DNA of 64,000 nucleotides from Lineus longissimus (Eukaryota): NCBI RefSeq assembly GCF_910592395.1, contig NC_088308.1, positions 2,418,001 to 2,482,000 of the forward strand, read 5' to 3'. Shown piece by piece: positions 57,919 to 64,000 of this stretch (position 1 is its first letter; each line of letters starts with the position of its first letter). The notes under the pieces were generated by a model. It saw only the letters and a program-made list of their open reading frames with translations, ran no database searches and was not told where the DNA came from. The position numbers and the translations under genes were made by a program.

Positions 57919-60900
57919 CTTGTGCCAAAATATTGACTGCTCGTTCGCCGGAACTCGGAGTATATGTGCAGATGCTTGTACTAAGCTATTACCCAGGCGT
58001 TGGAGTCTGCATTCCAAAGAAATGAATGCCAGCATTATCAACACATTTGTGTTGTGCCTGGCAAGGTTGCTTTGCATGCATAGTTTGACCGTACGGTCTT
58101 GGAGATTGTGTCTTATGCCAAATTCACACAGTGTTATCTTTTTGTACATAATTATCTGACCTTCTTTCTTAATGAACTGGGGCCTCACTAAAGTACTGCA
58201 TTCTAGTAATGCTTGCGAACCCTCCAGACTGTCAATTTTGTTTTAGTTAAGTAGTGCAAACATCCTTGGTAACACAGTGATGAAGACAGCGTCGTCAAGA
58301 GTTTTCGCCTCAAATCCTGTGATTGTGTATCACGTGCATGTGCTGCATATGCAATTGAAATGAAGACAGATTATGCTGTAACATGCAAGTCGAGGCAAGT
58401 CATGCGAGTCGTGACTATTTTGATATAAAAGTCAAAGCAACTGTGCGCTGTATATGCAAGTCAAAACAAATCAATATTGCAATATCTTTGACGACCCTCT
58501 ATATACGTATAAAGATCGGCTGATTGTTTGCCAGGGACAGGGTAGCCACCGCGGTAGCCAATCCCATGGTCCCCGATGAGGCCAATGACACATGATGTTG
58601 TTGGCCACCGTTCAAACAACGAGGGAAGATAAACAAGGTATCGAGCCAGCAGATGAGGTAGGAGCGAAAAGCTCCGGGTGATATGAAGCCTAATAGAACA
58701 GGGACGAAAATATACATTTGCTGAAATAAAAATTTGGGGTCAAAAGAAGAAAAAGCTAATCTATTAATAAACAAATCCATATTTTTATTCTTAACAAATT
58801 ACATTCCCAAATTCTTCTTTGAACTTACCAATGAAATATCTTGAGAAGCTAAAATATGTTCCCAATTTATAGCCACGATATATAATGTATGCTAGTGCCC
58901 ATTAATTTCTTCTATAGGGAAATAAGCACCTGTTGGTCATGCTCACCCAACATCTCACTTGCTTTAAAATGGCTATTCCGGTGAATTTGAGCCGTGTTAT
59001 CAACAGTCACCGTGGGATACGGTAGGATACCGGCTGCTTTATTCAGCCATCCAGTGATTTCTACAAATACGGATGTGAATTAATGATAGCCATTAACCCC
59101 GGTAGCCGGGCTTAATGTGCAGGAAGTCCTGGTTGCCGAGTGTTCCGGTAAATCGACCGCGCCTTTTGCATGTTTGCATTCACTGTTGCTCAAAGGTTAC
59201 GCTGCAAAGAATATCATCATCATGAAATTATTTTTTCCTGAAAAAGTGACATTGAAGTAATGCACGTTGTTGTACAAGGTTAATGGGCGATATCTTTGCC
59301 TTTGGAGGATATTAACTGGAACAGATTTCAGCATTAGTAGTAGCACTGAGGGGGTAATGAAGCGTTCTTAAACATTCGGACAGATTGTTGCAAAAAATAG
59401 TAGGTGAATCAATATCTACTGAAGAGAAGTTGACCGCCTCCTAAATCTTACGAATTGCTTGAACTTGTTGCAAGTCACAGTGGGATCGGCGGCAAAGAAC
59501 TTTATCAGCTTAGTAAAATTATTTTGTAAAGGGCTACTGGTGTAATGTACAAATCTGAATCAGCCAGTCACAATATATTATCAGTTGACATCTTTGTTTG
59601 AAAATACGTGTTCCTGTCATTAATATCTTCATTGAAAGAGACGTGTTGCATGAGAAATGTGGATGTTGATAATCGAAAACAAAAACAGGCATGCGTGCTT
59701 GTTTTAAATCTCTAAGTCATCTCGCATCGCACTGTCTGTGGTTATGTTGACAATCTGCCGATATTGTGACATTCTTCCCCGCAGCAAGTCCTGTTATCGT
59801 GTTACTGTCATTAATTACTTCTCTAATCCAGTTCTTAAGAAAAATTGCGACAGTAATCTCACACAACGCCTGTTGATAAATTGAAAGGAAAGCCACAAAA
59901 TAATTTACGCAGCATTTTTTCATCAAAGCGTCAAATGAAACGCTCGAAATATCAGAAGTCGTATCTTCCTTTGACTGGTTATGGCCTCCCGTCATTTAAT
60001 CTCCTAATGCATTCGTCACGTTCTTTGCCAGCTCTTTGATGTTCCAGACAGATATGACATTCACTCTGTCACCGCAATTGGCTCTTATTCCCTCACCACC
60101 CACCCGTCAGCCGTAATGGCCAAGTTGTAAGACATGGTGTGGGAGAATTCGACATGTCGATGGTTATATCTGCGATTTTAAAATTCTGGCTAAAAGCCAC
60201 CGAAATTCGTTTATGCCAGAACTATCGATGATTTGAAGAACATAAAGGTAACTGCTAATAATGATTAAAGCTACACATTTGAATTAGGTTATTTTTTTGT
60301 TGTGATTTCTATTGCAAGTAGGCCTAACAGTGTATCGTATTGATAGTGATGCTGAGTAGCTTGACAAAAGAATAGGTAACTGGTATACTCAAAGCTACAT
60401 GACTGTGTAGGTTATTTCATAGAGCAAATTCTCTTTGATCAATGCAGAACTCTAATGGAAGTTGCCTTTTAAAGAATGAAAATAATAATAAAAGATCTTA
60501 GATGTTCGTAACAGGTAGCCATGCTACTCTCCTCCTCTCCTCCTTAATAGCTCTTTTTTTATCTGCCTTTGCAGAGGTGAAGTAATAAAGAAGACACGAC
60601 ATAGAGAGATTGCCTTAAGGTGTTATGTGACTTCTTTCTCATCTCACCTCAAGATAAATGTGACTTGTCGCGAAAATAGCAGTTATGGGAATGGCGCGTG
60701 CGGTCTCCAAGGAGTTGACATGTCACGACAGAGACTGATAAACTGGCAAGGGAATCTTTAACAATTTATCACACCTTTAGACGGAACCCTTAGAAGTGAA
60801 CTCTTAAATGTGCCACTAGCTGTAGTGAGATCTTCATTTATGTCCCATTTACTGTAAGTAACTGTGTTAGGGTCTATAAGAGTCTTGATAGTATTGTTGT

Positions 60901-63223
60901 TCAGACTTCACCTCGCTTTCTGCTCTTGATGAACGCAATTTGGTGACCAGATAAAGCCTGTTGTTGTCAAGTCTTTTTCGTGTTTGTAAAAAGACAATGT
61001 ATCGCAATGGCCAAGGCTGGTTCAGGTAAAAAACACATGTTCGAATCTATTAAAGATGTGACGATGAGTCTAATAAGCTAGTTAATCAAGGCGAAGAAGA
61101 AAAAAAAGTGAGAAAATTATCCAGCTCTGATACAGTTTTTAATGAAAACCTCCACGTTTTCGTAAGCCTATACTATGAGGGAATTGTTACTGACCGAGGT
61201 TGTAGCAGACCAATTCTTAGCTTTGGAGCGGAGCAAAATAGAACAAAAACCAACCTCTCGCCTTCAGACCAACGACTTGTGCACTAGAGCCAAAACTACG
61301 TGAAAAGTTACCATTTACCACAAACCAATATTGGCAATTTCTGAAGCCAATTTACACTGTTAGATTCTATCTTATATCCGTGATATCTGCGTCGTGATTG
61401 TTGGCCCTCATCGTTAGTCAAACCTTGCTCTGATTTCTGATAGATATTGCTAGTCAGGCTTCTCCAATTGTCCACGGAGTCGGACAGATTTGTACACAGG
61501 TTGAGTTGTTGCTTCTCGGCGAGTAGATCACGCCAAAGGACAGTCACTGGCATGACTGGTAGCCAACAAGGGACACCTGTTGGGTTGCCTTTGGCGCAGG
61601 ACCACAATGGTCAAGTTGCATGTGGTGTACGAAGAGACAAATCCAAAGGGCTTTTATTTGTAGCTAAAGAGGCACAGGGGTTGTCTGGCTTCTGGCATGG
61701 ATACCACACAAAAGGACAGTTGTTTGTAGTTAAATGAAACATAGGTTTTTTTATTCTTGCGCTGAGACCACTCCGAAGGGCAGTTATTGGTGGCTAACGA
61801 TTTGGCAAGCGATTTTTTAAAGACTTTTCATGCCAACAAATGTATGTGTTGTTTGTACAATATTGCACATCAACAGACTAAATGCAATTCCTAATAAGGT
61901 CATGTGATGTATTATATTTTCTCTCTGTCGTCTCAGTGATATCAACCCTCAATTTAACACTCCTGACAGTCTTCTCATGCAGCTCACGCATTGATATATC
62001 ATCAATCCCTCATGACCGTAGGCAAACACAGAATCCCACGCAATCAAATCTCAGTTTCAATGATCAGCCTGTAAGCTTGGTATTCCGATACCGGGTCCGA
62101 TATTCTATTCTTATGCCTGAGAAAACCCATCAGGTCTGGCTGGGCAGCCATGCGTTACTAAAGCTTCTTCCCACAGCTTATGTTCTCGTTTTAGACAACA
62201 GTCAACCATGCTCCCATATAGACAATAAATCTAAGATCGGCGATATTGATCTTATAGGTGAACCATCAGTTGGTTGCAATATCAATCTTCTGTTAGGACA
62301 GGCGATTAGATTGATTCGATCTGTCCTTCTGTCAGCGGCTCGTTCGGCATATGGGCGGTGTTTTTCCGTGTCGTGCCCGATAATGACAAGACCATGCCTT
62401 TAGTCTCATAGTTTAACCCTCAAAGATTGAACCAAGCTTTGGTTGACCTCAGTCTTTAAAACCCTTGAATTTATTTTCAGTTCCCCTGTGCACGCTGATA
62501 AAGACAAAACATGTTGTTGTTGACGCTTTCAATGACGTGATTTTTCTCGCTTAATGCCTTGTTGATGTCTAGCGGCGGTTTTTGCCAACTTCTTCACGTG
62601 TTCTTCGGCCTTTCTCTCTGTCTTGTGACGAGATGCAGGTCGTTATAGAAGCGACATTTCATACTCCGTGAGTCCCACAGGTAGGGGTTTTTATAGTGGT
62701 CAGCTTCATGCATCATGGTATGATGCATTTATTAGTAAACTACAGTGGATGTGTCAGGTTGCCAACCAGCAGCTATCCCCTGCCTTAACACCGAGTAGAT
62801 AGCCTTATTAGCTCACCTGTGTCACCTTGCAGCTGTCTTAGGTTGGCCCTGGTCTCTTCCGTCTTCTCAGCGAAGGCAATCGCCATTTAAAAGTTTGGTC
62901 ATTCATCTGTCAACGCTGGTAAGCAGTGTGTCGACAACGATGGTCTTATTCATCCGCATCCGTTGGCCCACACCATTCTGCCGTTGTGGCTGTGGCTCAT
63001 AACGGGTTACACGGGTTGACCGATCATAATGGCTGTACACGATGTAGGTTGAGCCACGGCTGACAAACCATCATGGACAGCTAAAGATACGATTAAATCG
63101 ATCATCAGGTCCTCATTAACCGCGATGCACGCCCAGGCGTGGCCCTGATCGAGCGGCGACTCGGCACGACAAGTTGGTCTAGGATTTCACTTATCATTAA
63201 AGAGCTGCAGATTTGTACCAAAT

Positions 63224-63352
63224 TAGACATGTTTTCATATAAATGTAACTAGCATTTGAGAACCCGTAACTATGAGGGACTTAGGGAACCCACTGCACCC
63301 CCATAGTAACGGATTCTCAAATGTTAGTTACATGTAAATGTGAACATGCCTA
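63224..63352. repeat. Imperfect inverted repeat, arms of about 54 bp
   Basis: TAGACATG...ATGTAACTAGCATTTGAGAACCCGTAACTATGAGGG pairs with CCCCATAGTAACGGATTCTCAAATGTTAGTTACAT...CATGCCTA. Confidence 0.75.
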
Positions 63353-64000
63353 TTGGGATTCTCTGGTTTTTTTCGAGGTTTGTTAGAAATCCGACCTTTC
63401 AGGGAAAAGTCAGACAATATCGGACCTTTGTCGGATAAATCAGGAAAAAGTAAAAGAAACCGTTAAGAAGTCGGAAACGTCTCCTACCAGTGTTAAGACC
63501 CCACATGCTGAGCACGGGTTATGGATATGGACACGACACACACTACTATTTTATTTTGAACATCACATAATGACTATAAAATCCCTGAAATGTCTGCTAT
63601 TTCTGCAAGAATATCTGTTCGCAGTTGATTCTATTATCTTCCACAGCTGAGTCCCCGCCGAGATCCATATCGATGGATCAGGCACAACCTCATAACAATA
63701 GATTATTAATGAAAATCGAACCATGCGCCACGTCGTGTGGGAAAGGTGACGCGAATAGTCTTGGTTTCATTCAGGAGGAGATGGAGAGGTTAACTTGATG
63801 AGCTGGGCGGAGGGATAAACATGATTTCAGGCATGTCGCTCAACTCAAACCCAAGGAAAATTTTCTAATGGTCGAGAGGAAATAATCGAAAAAGAAAGTT
63901 GATTCTGTCGACTGTAATTGTACTTGTATTTTATACAAATAAAGCGAGTAGGATGCATAATATCTAATACGATCAATCTGGGCAGATGATTGGAAAATAA

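Noticed and set aside
57331..58188. 285-aa and 185-aa ORFs
   Set aside because: Read-through of the 23-bp tandem array

Overview
Eukaryotic (animal, invertebrate-looking) genomic DNA with GT-AG introns; no prokaryotic features, rRNA, tRNA or CRISPR seen. The first 28 kb holds five spliced genes reconstructed by hand: actin (-), a TK2/dNK-family deoxynucleoside kinase (+), a FAM227A-like FWWh gene (-) head-to-head with Chibby/CBY1 (+), and a 9-exon, 270-aa uncharacterised gene (-). From recall, that last gene resembles the plant 'ASCH-domain' protein family without its ASCH domain, and its C-terminus resembles bacterial polymorphic-toxin RNase tips. The rest (28-64 kb) is repeat-rich: a duplicated 950-bp block, a Helentron-like insertion, three foldback elements, a truncated CR1 LINE, MITEs and minisatellites. 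Best leads: the toxin-like gene; a perfect histone 3' stem-loop plus downstream element inside two foldback copies; a candidate alternative mitochondrial first exon and E2F sites on the kinase; and FAM227A-CBY1 divergent synteny shared with human. All homology calls come from motif recognition, not database searches.
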